A DNA stretch of 64,000 nucleotides from Octopus vulgaris. Lineage: Eukaryota. The DNA lies in the NCBI GenBank assembly GCA_951406725.2, contig OX597837.1, positions 8,804,001 through 8,868,000 of the forward strand. Reading direction: 5' to 3'. Below the pieces are notes generated by a model, which searched no databases, was not told the origin of the DNA, and saw only the letters and a list, made by a program, of their open reading frames with translations. The position numbers were made by a program, and so were the translations under genes. Shown piece by piece: positions 1 through 13,887 of the stretch (position 1 is the first letter of the stretch; every line of letters starts with the position of its first letter).

Positions 1-1029
1 AATAATACATCGGAGAAAATGCTTCACATATTTCTTCTGACTTGATTCATTAAGTTCTGAACTAAAATTTTGCCGAGGTACATTTAGCCCTTCACCTCAT
101 CCATATCGACAAAATGAAACACGAGTGAAGGGATTTGGTGTAATCGGCATGTAATCACGTTTCAAATTGCTGGCATTTGATTTTCATTAAATTCCTCATT
201 GAATCTTAGACCACATGCGTAAGTTGGTAGTAATTTTATCGATCCCGAAAGGCTGAGGAGCTGCATTAACCTCAGGGGAATTTGAACTCAGAGCATGAAA
301 ACGGACGAAGTACCACTTAACTTTTGGCCCGGCGTGCTAACGATTCCGTCAGTCCACCGCATTTTCGAAATATAATTCCATAAATTTCGTTAAAGGTATC
401 CATAACGATTGAGACATCTAAAAGAGAACCACGCCACACTTGATTGCTAGACAGATCAACGATAATCATACAGTTACGTAATCTATTATAATTGCACGGT
501 ATGCGTCTATGAAGAGATGTTCACCGGTGCCCCAGAATGGTCGCAGCTCCCGAGCTGATACTAATTAACGAGTTAAAGAGAGGCATTTCATAATCTGCAA
601 CACCAATAGCATCCAAAATTATCCAATGAATTAATAACAATATGACTTTATGAGATCCAGGTTCCTCGGAATATCATTTACAGGTTTCATACCTAATTAG
701 GAACTGAAATAGATTGATTATTGTGCAACGTTATTACTAACTAGATTAATGTGGGGAATTAGCGGGATCGCTTACGCATCGGAGAAAATGTTTAACATAT
801 TTCTTCTGACTTGGCTCATTACATTCTGAACGAAAATTTTGCCGACGTACATTTAGCAGTTCACCTTTACGGGATCGACAAAATAAAACACCATGACTGC
901 GGTTGGTGTAATCGGCATGTTATTCATCATTCAAATTTATGGCATTTTACCAAGATTCATACTATAAAAGAGCTTTCAACTATCATTAAATTCCTCCATC
1001 TATCTTAGTCCACAATTAATGGAAGAACG

Positions 1030-1320
1030 TGGGGACAGAGCACTCAAAACACTTCTCCCGTAGAGTTTTATCAGAGGACCGCCGTTACATTTTCCGATTG
1101 TATTCTTGTGAGTATGGGAATTATCCAAGCGCATCACTGTTGGTAGCTCCGAGGTTTTCTGTCTGTTGAGTGAGCTTGAAGAATCTATCTTGCAATTCTT
1201 TCATGCGATATTCTAATCACGAGGCCGTATACGAGGGGCTGTGACAGGCTAATGCAGAGAGAGAGCGGCTCGACCTGGAAAGGAAATCACTGCCCTTCAA
1301 GCTACGCTCCCCGTCGAGTA
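1030..1320 (-). pseudogene. Decayed RTE-clade LINE, ORF C-terminus
   Basis: Minus-strand translation with frameshifts: VEPLSLCISLSQPLVYGLVIRISHERIAR*ILQAHSTDRKPR, resembling the RTE/Expander VEPLLL.IERSQLRW.GH..RM...R.....RPRG C-terminus. Confidence 0.7.
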
Positions 1321-1342
1321 TCATTATTTTAGAGAAACTTAA

Positions 1343-1542
1343 GGCGGTGAGTTGGAAGAAACGTTAGCGCGCTGGAAGAAATGCTTAGCGGTATTTCGCT
1401 CTGAGTTCAAATTCAACCGAGGTCGACTTTACCTTTCATCCTTTCGGGGTTGATAAATTAAATACCGGTCAAGTACTGGGGTCGATGTGATCGACTTACC
1501 TCTTACCCCAAAATTTCAGGCCTTGTGTCTGGAGTAGAAAGG
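1343..1542 (+). mobile_element. Family M SINE (tRNA head plus MetaSINE-like core)
   Basis: GGCGGTGAG.TGG.AGAAACGTTAGC...GAGTTCAAATTC...GAGGTCGACTTT.CCTTTCATCCTTTCGGGG..GATAAA, with tail GCCTTGTG..GTAGAAAGG. Older copies at about 8-170, 230-360, 775-950, 4170-4400, 6350-6540, 39270-39400, 51455-51625, 54410-54482 and 59615-59700. Confidence 0.88.
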
Positions 1543-1744
1543 TTTATATTAGAGATCCTTCAAACGAACCCCACTTTATGCATAATAGTCAATACCCCTT
1601 TTCCTCGATTTGCGACCGAATTCCATTCCGTCTGACTAGTCGTAAGACGATCTGGTCGTATGTCGGATTTATGTTTTTCAGCATTATATTCATTCAAACA
1701 CAACTGAGGCTATGAAAGCGACCATAGATGGTCGCTTTCATATT

Positions 1745-1945
1745 CAGAAACACACACAAAAACAAATATATATATATATATATATATACGACGAATGTCT
1801 TTCAGTTTCTTCCTGCTATATCCATTCACAAGTCTTTGGTCTGTCTGAGTCGATAGTAGATGACACTTGCCCAAGATCCCACGCTGTGGGACTGAAACCG
1901 GATTCATGCGGTTGGTAAGCAAGCTTATTACCACACAGCCACTCC
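1745..1945 (-). mobile_element. CORE-type tRNA SINE (family C), 5' half
   Basis: Reverse complement of the head GGAGTGGCTGTGTGGTAA...TTCAGTCCCAC...TTGGGCAAGTGTC, shared with many copies. Confidence 0.85.
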
Positions 1946-2550
1946 ATTTAAACGCTCACCTGCCTGTCCATTGTCACACACCTTTTAACATTATAAGACA
2001 ATCCTACCGCAATTAACCTTTAAAAATCCCCTGGGAAATTCTACGGATATTCCACTTAAGTTTTACACTGGACTGTAAATGTTAACATAAATGCCGAAAT
2101 GACGTTGTCACGTGCTATCGTATTTCTTACCTTGCTTAGTATTTATCATCCTAATTGCAGTTTTACTTATACTAAAAAAAGAAAATAGAAACACCTGTGC
2201 AGAAAGGTATGATTTATTCATTAGAGTAGTAAAAACACCAACATTAAACACAAACAAATACACGCATGCGCGCGCGTGCAGACACTCACACAGATGTGCG
2301 CAAATATGTGTAGATATTACCTCTACTTATATAAGTATATATACTTCCATCTATATACACACATAAATTTATATGCATGTATATATATATATATCCATAT
2401 CCATATGTATATATATATATGCATATACATATCTGCATATCTATCTATCTAGATAGATAGCTAGCTAGCTAACAATCTGTTTGTCTGTCTGTCTGCCTAT
2501 CTACCTGCCTGCCTACCTACTTATATATTTATCTATCTATACATACATAA

Positions 2551-2590
<40 letters not shown>

Positions 2591-2615
2591 ACACACACAC
2601 ATACGTGTATATATG

Positions 2616-2652
<37 letters not shown>

Positions 2653-2799
2653 ACACACACATACATGTATATATACATATATCCACATATATCCACATGT
2701 ATATACACATATATCCACACACACATACATGTATATATGTTTATATATACATTTTTGATTTTGATTTTTCCAGTTTCAGCTCATGAGCTGTGGCCATGG

Positions 2800-2835
<36 letters not shown>

Positions 2836-2849
2836 GCCATGATAGATAG

Positions 2850-3037
2850 TTAACCACTACACACACTTTCTCTTTCCTTTTTTTCTCTCCTTGTTTTTTA
2901 TGTGTTTCTTTTTGTAGAAGAGCGCAGGCTCGAAACGTAAAAGACTTTTTCTATTCGTGAGCGCTATACTAATGCATCTGTTTGTTTTGCACACCACTTA
3001 CTTTCCTCTTTAATTTTTTTTTTCGTAAAATTTCCCT
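2850..3037 (+). mobile_element. Hammerhead-motif short element, family A
   Basis: TTGTAGA-A-GAGC-GCAG-GCTC-GAAACGTA-AAAGAC at about 2905-2945. Homologous to 24995-25155 and 62366-62533. Ends TTTCCC into (TA)n. Confidence 0.65.
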
Positions 3038-3059
3038 ATATATATGTCTGTATACACAC

Positions 3060-3590
3060 AATACAGTTGTCTCTCAGTCTAACAACTCTTCACTTGCTTT
3101 AAAGTTTGACACCAATATGAGTTATACGTTAAGTAGAATCACAAAACACCTCTTTCCGTAACAAACTTTAATGAATTTATTATCGCTTCTGACATAGTTA
3201 TCACAAAGACCACATCCTTTCCAAAGCAACTTCATAAAGATATCATACACAACGATGAATCGTTCGTCACACCAACCAAAAATACAATCACACATTTCTC
3301 CAAATTGTTCAAGTTGCCTTGCTGTGTTGTAAGAGCTGAGGCTAAAATATTCCATAGTCTGATTTATTTTGATAAATATCCATTGATCTAATTGTCTTAA
3401 ACGTATTCGTTTATATTCAAATTATTCCTTGTTATCGATAATCTCACCGATAATGATTTAGTATATTAAAATTAGCACCGTTCTAATAAAATAATTTTCT
3501 CTTGAATCTCACAGATATAAAACATATTGACATTTAATCTCTAATTATTCTGTGATATAACACAAAATATTTCCCATTATTATTTTATAT
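3060..3590 (-). pseudogene. Possible decayed Penelope-like GIY-YIG/zinc-knuckle fragment
   Basis: Minus strand KGCGLCDNYV....F.....G...CDS resembles the CxxC linker preceding PLE GIY-YIG domains. Weak match. Confidence 0.3.
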
Positions 3591-3648
3591 TAAATATATG
3601 GAAATAAGCAGCAGAATGTCACTCGCATTGCCAGATTTATTTGGTATA

Positions 3649-3811
3649 GGTGCAGGTGTGTTTGTGTGGTAAGTAGCTTGCTTACCAGCCACATGGTTTG
3701 GGGTTCAGTCCTATTGCGTGGCACCTTGGGCAAGCGTCTTCTGCTAAAGCCTTGGGCTGACCAAAGCCTTGTGATTGGATTTGGTACACGGAAACTGAAA
3801 GAAGCCATTCG

Positions 3812-3858
<47 letters not shown>

Positions 3859-4035
3859 GTGTGTTCGTATGTATGTTTGTGTGTATGTTTTCCTCCCCTA
3901 CCATCGCCTGACAGCCGATGCTGGTGTGTTTACGTTCCCGTAACTCGGTGCTTCGAAAGCGACGGAATAATAACTAAGCTTACAAAAAATAAGTCCTGGG
4001 GGCCGCAGTCAAAATGACTGTAACAAGTAAAAGAA
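3649..4035 (+). mobile_element. Family C SINE (~400 bp with internal TA/TG microsatellite; resembles octopus OR-type CORE-SINEs)
   Basis: tRNA-like A/B boxes, CORE-like GCACCTTGGGCAAG, internal microsatellite, tail ...ATGACTG.AACAAGTAAAAGA. Confidence 0.9.
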
Positions 4036-4598
4036 TAAAATTATTACTACCCATAGTCACAGAACGTCCTTTTCGGCAAAAACATATAATGAAGATCTTT
4101 AATCATGAATGCAGTGATAAACAGTTAGAAAACATAGACAGAAAGCTAGAAGTTTTAGGGAAGGGGATGGAACTTATTTTATCGACCCCGAAAGGCTGAG
4201 AGGCTGCATCAACCTAAGGGGAATTTGAACTCAGAGCGTGAAAACTAAGCTTTTTGCCCGGCGTGCTAACGATTCCGTCAGTCCACCGCATTTTCAAAAT
4301 ATAAATCCATAATGCGGCGAACTGGCAGAATAATTTACACGCCAGCCAACATGATTAAGTTGACTTTGCCTTTCAGGGTTTCAGGGTCAATATAATAGGT
4401 AGTAATTTCGCCAATATCAACATAACTCCAGCTAAGAATACTCCTCTTTGACAAGGGATCGCGTTCTTTTAAAGGATATTGTATCATTTAGAGTAGATAA
4501 TAGCTTGTTTTAAAGCTGAACATTATGGGTTTTATTAAACAATATAAGTATATTTTTATGGAAACTTTGCTAATGGAAACTGAAACGATTATAATACA

Positions 4599-5013
4599 GG
4601 ATCTTTTCGGTTTGAACGGCAGTTTTTCTAGCGGTGTCATATGAAATTGTCACCCATAATTATGACCCTAGTATCGATCTATTGCATTTCGATCTGTTTT
4701 AGGGTTAGGAGTGGGGGGAAGGGTATCTTTTTTTCTTCACAAATGTAAATAAACCCAATCTGTTTCTTAAATGAGGGACATATTCATACGGCACAGAATG
4801 CTTTTTTTTTTACCTCAATAGACGTCACTGATTGGTTGAAATTGCAGAAATTGAAGAAAAAAAACCCCAAATATCTTACAAACTATAGAATTTTCTCAAT
4901 AAAGCCAAGAGAAAAAGATGTTTTATAAACACATTTTACCAGTATACGAAGTTTAAAATTTTTTAGTTAACTAGAAATTATATTAAAAACTGCCGTTCAA
5001 ACCGAAAATATTC
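4599..5013. mobile_element. Non-autonomous DNA transposon (MITE), Merlin-like
   Basis: 29-bp TIRs GGATCTTTTCGGTTTGAACGGCAGTTTTT (4599-4627) and AAAAACTGCCGTTCAAACCGAAAATATTC (4985-5013), 27/29 complementary. 8-bp TSD ATAATACA/ATAATACG. GG termini with an 8-9 bp TSD are typical of Merlin. Confidence 0.85.
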
Positions 5014-5715
5014 ATAATACGTTATGTACAACAGAAACAATATTAAGTTAAAACTAACCATTTATGTTGAGTATTGTACTTAAATAAAACGCGACAATAT
5101 AAATTTACTGCGGCATTCATTTCGAGCTAATGTCCCTCATGGTAGAGCTCTGTTCATAATACGTTATAACGCATTATTACCGACCGACCTCTATCATAAT
5201 TATTATAAATTTGTACAGTATTTCATATTTCTCTTATCCTAAATTACTACTAAGCATGCATGCATTCGCACAGTCAGACAGACACACAGACACAAAGGCA
5301 CACACTGAGAAACGCACACGCATATATTACGTTAACTTTTAGGCATATTTCTGATGCACTTTTTTCTCATTAAACACTACATTTCAGCTTTCTAATTAAT
5401 TAACGATAATTAATCTACAATGAAATTTACTTTAGGTTCATAGTTATATAGTATTGTCACGTTTATGCAAAAACTACAATCTTACTCATCGCTATAACGT
5501 CTCCCTTTTGGCTCATGTATTACAGGGAAATGAAATAAAACGAAGTTGATATTGTTACACATTCCCCTAAATGTCAATGACTCGTTCTTTTAGAGGAGTC
5601 GGATGGGGCGAAATGATTCCAGAAAAGGGATCAACAAAATGTCAATGTTGATCCCTGGGGACCTTTGTTTTCGTGGATATCCATTAAATATTTTGAAAAT
5701 ATCAATTTTATATAT

Positions 5716-6172
5716 TCTTTTACTCTTTTACTTGTTTCAGTCATATGACTGTGGCTATGCTGGAGCACCGCCTTTAGTCGAGCAAATCGACTACAGGACT
5801 TATTCTTTGCAAGCCTAGTACTTATTCTATCGGTCTCTTTTTCCTAACAGCTAAGTTACGGGGGCCTTAGCACACCAGCATCGGTTGTCAAGCGATGTTG
5901 GGGGACAAACACAAACACACAGACATATATACATATAAAAGAAGCCTGTCATATATATGTATGTATATATATATATATATATATATATACATACATACAT
6001 ACATATTTATGACAGGCTTCTTTTAGTTTCCGTCTACCAAATCCACTCACAAGGCTTTGGTCGGCCCGAGGCTATAGTAGAAGACACTTGCCCAAGGTGC
6101 CACGCAGTGGAACTGAACACGGAACCATGTGGTTGGTAAGCAAGCTACTTACCACACAGCCACTCCTGCGCC
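5716..6172 (-). mobile_element. Family C SINE, full length
   Basis: Collinear with the other family C copies. Confidence 0.92.
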
Positions 6173-6652
6173 TATATAGGAACATTTCTATTGCCCTTTA
6201 TGAATTTCGTTAAGCAGTTTCATCTATTTTTAATAAACATTTCGTATTCACACAATATGATCATAACACAAAAGAATGAAAGTAGCATTATTTTTGAAAT
6301 AAAGGGATTTTCCTTTTTTTTATAACTTTTCATTATATTCGACAATTTCAGGCGTCTACTTGGCAGAATATATAATCTGACGGGTAAAATTCTAAATAGC
6401 CTTCTGTTCGTCTTTAATATTCACTGTGAAAAATTTTTCAGGAGTCGTTAGAATAAGTTCCGGTTGAACAATGGGGTCGATACAATCGACTTACTTCCTC
6501 CCCAGAAATTTCTGGCTTTGTGCCAAATTTTGAAACCAATTATATTCTAGAAATTTACATGATGGGTTTGTTCATATATTCCTGGTTTCATGCAGCAGTG
6601 AATGATATAAAGTATTCCCTGCTGTAATATATGGATATTTGGCCCTATACGC

Positions 6653-7039
<387 letters not shown>

Positions 7040-9616
7040 TTCCCATCGAGACAGGTTTTCAGAGACCGGATTAGCACACTAGTAAAGAGGGCTTTGACGG
7101 GAGCCATCATCAACAACAAATGGTGGTTTGCCCTCAAGAGAGCAGTAAAAGCAGAAGCGATTAGGTACAGCAAAGCACTAGCCATAGATAGAAATAGAGT
7201 AGAGGGTGAGCTAGTTAAGAAGCTAGAAGAGGCAATTAGAAGCGGCATCGCATGCGACGTTTTGGCGGCGAGGTTGGCCCTCGACCAACACTTCAACGCC
7301 AAACACGAAGGATGTGCTGTCAGAGCTAGGATGCGTGCTCTAAGGAACGAAGGTGTTGGAGCCGCGAGAGAGGCCCGGGTGGCAGAGGCGCAACAGGGCA
7401 ACAAAGCCACCATTCGGTCCCTGGTAGATGAACAGGGGCGCGAATTGCTCGAGCCAAGTAAAATGTGTGAGGCCTTTCAGCAGCATTTTGCCCGACTGTT
7501 CGGAACGAGTGGAGGGCAAGAACGTAGGGTGGACTTCAGTGCCTACCTACATAGCCTACCACGACTCTCGACAAGAAAGGCAGGGTGCTGCGAAGGTGCC
7601 ATCACGGCGGCGGAAGTGCAGGAAGCGATGGCAGAATGCTCGAGGGACAAATCACCGGGTTTGGATGGTCTACCCTACGAGCTTTACAATTGTATGCCAG
7701 ACTTGTTTGGAGATCTCTTGGCGGCGGTGTACTGCAACTGGCAGCAAAACGGGAGCATTCCTGGTTTTGTGAGCCGAGGAGCCGTAACACTGCTGAAGAA
7801 AGATCTAAACAAGGGAAATGTAATTGATAACTTTAGGCCCATCACTCTGCTTAATGCAGACTTGAAAATTTTGGCCAAGGTGCTAGCCAAGAGGTTGGCG
7901 CTTGTCATCGAGAAACTGGTCGACAAAGCGCAAACATGCGCCGTGCCAGGCCGGACCATCCATGACAACCTCCACCTGATGCGCTACATCATAGACAGGG
8001 TAGTTAACGAACCTGGCATGGGTGGGGCGCTGATCAATTTGGATCAATCGAAAGCTTTCGATAGGGTGGACCATCGATACTTGGAGGCGGTCCTCGGAGC
8101 GGCTGGCTTCGGTCCCGTCTTCCGCGGCTGGATAGCCGCTTTGTACAGAGGCATCCGTTCGGTAATTCGCGTGAATGGACATCTATCGAGACCCTTCGAC
8201 ATCGCACGTTCGGTCCGTCAGGGATGCCCCCTCTCGTCGCTTCTATACGTATTGACTCTCGAGCCATTATTGCGGAAGCTGGCAACCTTGAGAGGCATCC
8301 CGCGAGAACTGGGATGCGGGACGAGCGTGTCTGCATACGCGGACGACGTCACCGTCATAGTGTCTAGCCACGAGCACATCGAGCAGGTCGGCGAGACACT
8401 GAAAAACTATGAAGCGGTGACAGGAGCGAAAATCAACCGGGAAAAGTCAGTGGGCTTGCGACTAGGCACCTGGAGAAGCAAGCCCATGCCGTCCACGAGC
8501 GCCTCCGTCGTGGGACGCTGGACCGACGGCCCGGTTGAGTTGCTCGGGGTCTGGTTTGGTCCGGACCTCCAAGTGGAGAAGAACTGGAACGAGATAACGA
8601 GTAGGGTGGTCACTCTCGCCCGGCAATGGGCCGAGAGGAAACTGTCCCTAAAAGGTCGGGCGGAGGTGGCGAACGCGTACATCGCGTCCGTCATCTACTA
8701 CCGCCTGACCGTCGTACCTTATCCCGACCCTACCATCACCAAACTACAACGCATTCTCTTTCGCTTCTTGTGGAAAGGATGCGTCCCGATGGTCAGGCGA
8801 TCCATTTGCTGTCAACACCCGTTAAAAGGAGGGCTGGGCATGCCGTGGTTGATGATGCGCAGACACGCGCTGAGACTGCGACATCTCTGGCTCTATGTAG
8901 ACGACGGTGAACAGGTGTGGTCGCCGTTTGTGAGCTACGCTTTCCCGCAGCTCGTCTCCATGACCGAACTGCAGTCGTGGATCAAAAAGAGGCCGAGGAA
9001 GGGCGGATGTCACCGCGAGTGTCGCGTTGCTCTCAAGCAACTCTGCCGTCCAACCAAAGCATTCTATAGGGGTTTAGTGGAGGGGAGGTACGACGACGAG
9101 CTCGGGGCGAACCTGGACGTCGACGAGGAGTACCTGACCCGCCTGTTCAGGACAACTTTCGGGCCAGGGCCCATGGACAACTTCCAGAGATCCCTGGCCT
9201 GGCAGTGCGGTCAGAGCGACGAAACCGTTCTGCACGCACTCGTGCAGTGTCCAACAATTTCCGACCTGTGGGCATATGTCGAACAACTGCTGTCACGTGT
9301 GGGACGAGTCGGTTTATCAGCTGAGTCTATCGTCAATATTGTCACGCCTCCTTCCTTCAAACGGGAAGGAAGAGCTATTTTCATCATCCTTGTGGCTATG
9401 GCGAAAGAATGTATCTGGTGGACGCGTCTGAAAGGATTGGAGACAAACACTTTCCTCTCTGGTCAATCTCTCATCAACTTCTTCAAGTACCACTTGAAAA
9501 GGAAAGTGAGAGTAGAGAGGCAAGTTTTGTCTAGCGAATGTTTTAAAAAAAGATGGGTGAATGTAGCAAGAATGGCACGTATGAATGACGAAGCCACCTT
9601 GAGCATGATCCTATGA
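7040..9616 (+). CDS. LINE ORF2 fragment (~858 aa): reverse transcriptase plus C-terminal Cys/His region; APE endonuclease and start codon lost by 5' truncation
   Basis: L1/Tx1-type motifs [60 protein letters not shown] (YADD at 8336-8347), GGLGMP and [16 protein letters not shown]. No stop codons. The first 59 aa of the 6863..9616 track ORF are microsatellite read-through. Confidence 0.9.
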   Translation, partial: FPSRQVFRDRISTLVKRALTGAIINNKWWFALKRAVKAEAIRYSKALAIDRNRVEGELVKKLEEAIRSGIACDVLAARLALDQHFNAKHEGCAVRARMRALRNEGVGAAREARVAEAQQGNKATIRSLVDEQGRELLEPSKMCEAFQQHFARLFGTSGGQERRVDFSAYLHSLPRLSTRKAGCCEGAITAAEVQEAMAECSRDKSPGLDGLPYELYNCMPDLFGDLLAAVYCNWQQNGSIPGFVSRGAVTLLKKDLNKGNVIDNFRPITLLNADLKILAKVLAKRLALVIEKLVDKAQTCAVPGRTIHDNLHLMRYIIDRVVNEPGMGGALINLDQSKAFDRVDHRYLEAVLGAAGFGPVFRGWIAALYRGIRSVIRVNGHLSRPFDIARSVRQGCPLSSLLYVLTLEPLLRKLATLRGIPRELGCGTSVSAYADDVTVIVSSHEHIEQVGETLKNYEAVTGAKINREKSVGLRLGTWRSKPMPSTSASVVGRWTDGPVELLGVWFGPDLQVEKNWNEITSRVVTLARQWAERKLSLKGRAEVANAYIASVIYYRLTVVPYPDPTITKLQRILFRFLWKGCVPMVRRSICCQHPLKGGLGMPWLMMRRHALRLRHLWLYVDDGEQVWSPFVSYAFPQLVSMTELQSWIKKRPRKGGCHRECRVALKQLCRPTKAFYRGLVEGRYDDELGANLDVDEEYLTRLFRTTFGPGPMDNFQRSLAWQCGQSDETVLHALVQCPTISDLWAYVEQLLSRVGRVGLSAESIVNIVTPPSFKREGRAIFIILVAMAKECIWWTRLKGLETNTFLSGQSLINFFKYHLKRKVRVERQVLSSECFKKRWVNVARMARMNDEATLSMIL

Positions 9617-9967
9617 ACCCAGAAATTGAAAACAGAGAGTTGCTTATTCGCAAAAAAAAAAAAAAAAAGAAATATAACATGTGACTCCATTGACCGAGGT
9701 TACCGTGGTCTTTTCCGTAGGCTTTTCTTTCCGCGGGTAAACCTCACCTGTCCTCCCCTTTACACTTCATATTGACATTTCTGTGATAACGATCCCTATT
9801 GATCAATTTTTTTTTCTCTCCCCCTTTTTTTGTCTTCTTTCTCTCCTTTTACGATCCCCTTTGATCGAAACTCCCCCTTCCTTTTTTTTTTTTTAAACCT
9901 TCAAAAGAAAAGCTCTACCTTGTAATTTGTTCTATCTGTGTGCAGCCCTGTGTGGCTAATAAGGAAA
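7040..9967 (+). mobile_element. Tx1/L1-clade non-LTR retrotransposon, 5'-truncated, inserted in a (TATC)n microsatellite
   Basis: GC-rich island in AT-rich DNA. It carries an uninterrupted RT ORF, then a ~350-bp pyrimidine-rich 3' UTR ending ...GTGGCTAATAAGGAAA directly into (TATC)n. Both flanks share the same microsatellite interruptions (target duplication). Confidence 0.93.
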
Positions 9968-10059
9968 CATATCTATCTATCTATCTATCTATTTATCTAT
10001 CTGTCTGTCTGTCTATCTGTCTGTTTATCTATCTATCTATTTATCTTTCTATCCACTTG

Positions 10060-10121
<62 letters not shown>

Positions 10122-10123
10122 AC

Positions 10124-10154
<31 letters not shown>

Positions 10155-10392
10155 CTATCTATATAATGCCTTTTTTTTTTCATCTAAAGTCTCGTTTAAA
10201 CACATATTGAATGGCTATGGCAACAAAAATGTAAAGGTGTCTTTGCTTTTTAAAATCTGCTTAATTCTTCTGAGCAGACAGGATAAGTTTCATCTCGTAA
10301 TTAACGGAACTTGTTATAAGAAATATTCAGTCAAACATTCATTCACATACACATACATACGCTTTACACATACACATAAACGATTGCATGTA

Positions 10393-10501
<109 letters not shown>

Positions 10502-10972
10502 AGCACAAACTTACGCGCACTCACATATATGTATTCTTCATTAAGTGGCCAGTTCCGGAAATCGATAATACACGGTCTAGACATCTCAGGAAGAAATCCG
10601 TTGCTTACAATGGAAAACACAGCGGTACACACATCCACACGCACAAATACGTACACACATATTTACCCGTACCTATGTATGTATTAATATATATATATAT
10701 ATATATACATACATATACATCCTATATATTTTACTTGTTTCATTCATTAGACTACAACAATGCTGTGACAGCGCCTAGAAGAACACTTAGTGGAAGTAAT
10801 CGACACCAGTTTTTGGTTGTTTTATTAAAGCCTGGTATTTTTTCTATCGGTCCTGATTACGAACCGCTAAGTTATGGGAACTTAAAAACAGCAAAACCTG
10901 TTGTAAGCGGTAGTGGGTGGACAACGTCAGACATTCACACGCCCGTATATATACATACATATATACATATAT

Positions 10973-11022
<50 letters not shown>

Positions 11023-11536
11023 CATTATTACGACGTTTTTCGTTGATCTGTTTGTGGTGATATTGTTTCTATCACTAACATAGCCGTGAGGGTGTAATAC
11101 GTGTTCAAGGGCTTCAACATAAATTAAACAACAACTGAAGGGTGCTACAGACTAGATCAAGCAATGAATCCCTCTTGTAAGACTGCAAGTTGGTGGGGCG
11201 AAGGGGCGGAATATATCTAAGATTTTTGAAAAATTTACTCATATATGTTCAACTTCACTGGGAATTCCATCCTGATATGTCCATTAACGTCAGAAATTCA
11301 ACACGCACAAACACACACACATACACACAGAAACACACACACACAGACACATACACACACACACACACACACACAGACACGCACACCCCCACACACAAAG
11401 ATATACACTCACGCATACGCATGCACGCACGCACACATAGATACATATATCTACCTATCTATATGTATCTATCTATCTATTTATCTATATATATATAAAT
11501 ATATACATACATATATAGGTGTATATACATATATAG

Positions 11537-11588
<52 letters not shown>

Positions 11589-11647
11589 ATGTATATGTAG
11601 TCATGTAAGTATATATAAGTATATGAATATATGTATGCATGTTTTTT

Positions 11648-11684
<37 letters not shown>

Positions 11685-12229
11685 ATACGTATGTTTGCGT
11701 GAGTGTGTGCGTGTGTGTGCGTTAGAGTATGAATTTGAGATTGTGCGTGTAAACACGTATGTGTATTGGTATTGTATTGAAGAAAACAACCAAGGGCGAA
11801 ACTCAGAGTAGGCAGCCATTTTTGTTTTTGTTATAATGAACATCGTCTTCATGCACACGTATTATCTTATACTCGAACACACACAGGTACTGACAAACGT
11901 GCACACACATAAACACAGGCACGCACGCAAGGCACACACACAGGCACACACACACAAACACACGTGAACACACACACAGGCACACACACACTAATAAAAG
12001 TGTGTTTATTGAGTAATTATTCTGGAAATTGTAAGAAAGACAAAGACACGCTCACACATCACACACAACCCGAACACATTAAACATATGTATATACGTAC
12101 ACACACACACACAAGCACACACACACACAAGCACGCGCACGTGCGCACGCACGCCAATACACAAACACACACACACACACAAATAGAGCCAATTCTGCAA
12201 GTTACTATGTTATTTACGCCTAAAACCAT

Positions 12230-12400
12230 AGAAATGAAAGACATTTTCCAATTTTCAAACATCAAATATAACGAACAAATTGGCCGTGGGCCATTTTATG
12301 TGTGATAATAACACACGGACGATTGAGCAACAAAGTACAAGAAATGGTGAAACTAGGCAATGGTGCTTTGAACTGTTTTGGCAACAACGCAAATGATGCC
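12230..12400 (+). pseudogene. Possible very old RTE-like 3' fragment
   Basis: KDIFQF...WAILCVIITHGRLSNKVQE loosely resembles the RTE KW.WAGH..R..D.RW...V.EW motif. Confidence 0.3.
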
Positions 12401-12958
12401 AAGAGAGCGTCATATTTCAAGGAATATCACAGGTTCCAAGAGAAGGAAATCTATCCAAAAACGCATACATGTGGAATAAGAGATCATTCTTAATTTCAAA
12501 GATTAGGTTTTAAGGTCCGCGATGCATGCATTTGGTATGTTTGGACGGCCTTAAGCAACCCGTCATTTCACACTCCTTCAACAGATATCTGCATACATAT
12601 ATCCCAATACATATATACAGATATACATACATACATACATGCATATACTTACGTACGTACATATACTTATGTAATATATGTATGCATCTATATGTATATA
12701 TATATATGTGTATATATATATATATATGTATATATATGTATATATATGCATATATATGTGTTTATATGCAACAATAGTCAGTGTTGGTGCGAGGCCATGG
12801 CTTGGCAAGGGGCGAGTAAATTCGATTTGATAGTCACTGTTCGATTGGTCGTTAACATTAGAGTGTTACTGTCCGTGTGCGAAATGGTTTATGGGATGGC
12901 TGGAAATGAATGATATTTATATTCACACATACACACACCCAGACACACATACACACAC

Positions 12959-13039
<81 letters not shown>

Positions 13040-13077
13040 CATTTATGTATGTATGCGTGTATGTGTCAAAATATTAA

Positions 13078-13113
<36 letters not shown>

Positions 13114-13116
13114 TTT

Positions 13117-13290
13117 GAGGCGCGTAGGTTAATGGTTAGGGTGTCAGCATCATGATCGTAAGATTGTGGCTTCGTTGCTCCAGTCCACTCAGCTGTCAAA
13201 AATGAGTAACGCTGCGATGGACTGGCGTCCCGTCCAGCTGGGGAACACATACGTCATTGAAACCGGGAAACCGGGCCCATGAACCTGGCG
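13117..13290 (+). mobile_element. Family V SINE (tRNA head; GCGATGGACTGGCGTCCCGTCCAG V-domain-like block), internally deleted
   Basis: Matches 31784-32044. Confidence 0.8.
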
Positions 13291-13374
13291 AATTTATTAT
13301 ATATGTATATATATATACGTACATAGGAGGAGAACTTTAAGCGCACAAATTTGTGCACGCATTCATAAATATAT

Positions 13375-13679
13375 CACGTGATCACGTGACCGACCAGACC
13401 ATCTAATGTTATTACACATCGCTGGTCACAATGCATTCGCATTGTTTTAGCCTTCAAATGACGCCACCCCGCTGGCTAAGCGAGAAGGCCAACAGAAGAA
13501 AGAGTGAAAGAAAGTGTGGTGAAAGAGTACAGCAAGGATCATCACCCCCTGCCGGAGCCTCGTGGAGCTTTTAGGTGCTTTCGCTCAATAAACACTCACA
13601 ATGCCCGGTCTGGGAATCGAAACCGCGATCCTACGACCGCGAGTCCGCTGCCCTAACCACTGGGCCATTGCGCCTCCAC
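13375..13679 (-). mobile_element. Family T tRNA-derived SINE (~300 bp)
   Basis: Head GGAGGCGCAATGGCCCAGTGGTTAGGGC...GGTTTCGATTCCC. 12-bp TSD TCATAAATATAT (13363-13374 and 13680-13691). Confidence 0.9.
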
Positions 13680-13887
13680 TCATAAATATATATGAAGTTG
13701 CATATACGCAAGCTATATAAATAGATATACAATCATAATTTTGTTATAAGAATGTTACTATCCCGATACTACCAATTGTCTCAAGGCAGAATTAGAACAC
13801 AGGTGTACAAAGTGCTACAAATCGTGTATATTTAGACCTATAACTGCAAAAAGTTATAAGAATAAGCCACGTTAATAATATAATATA

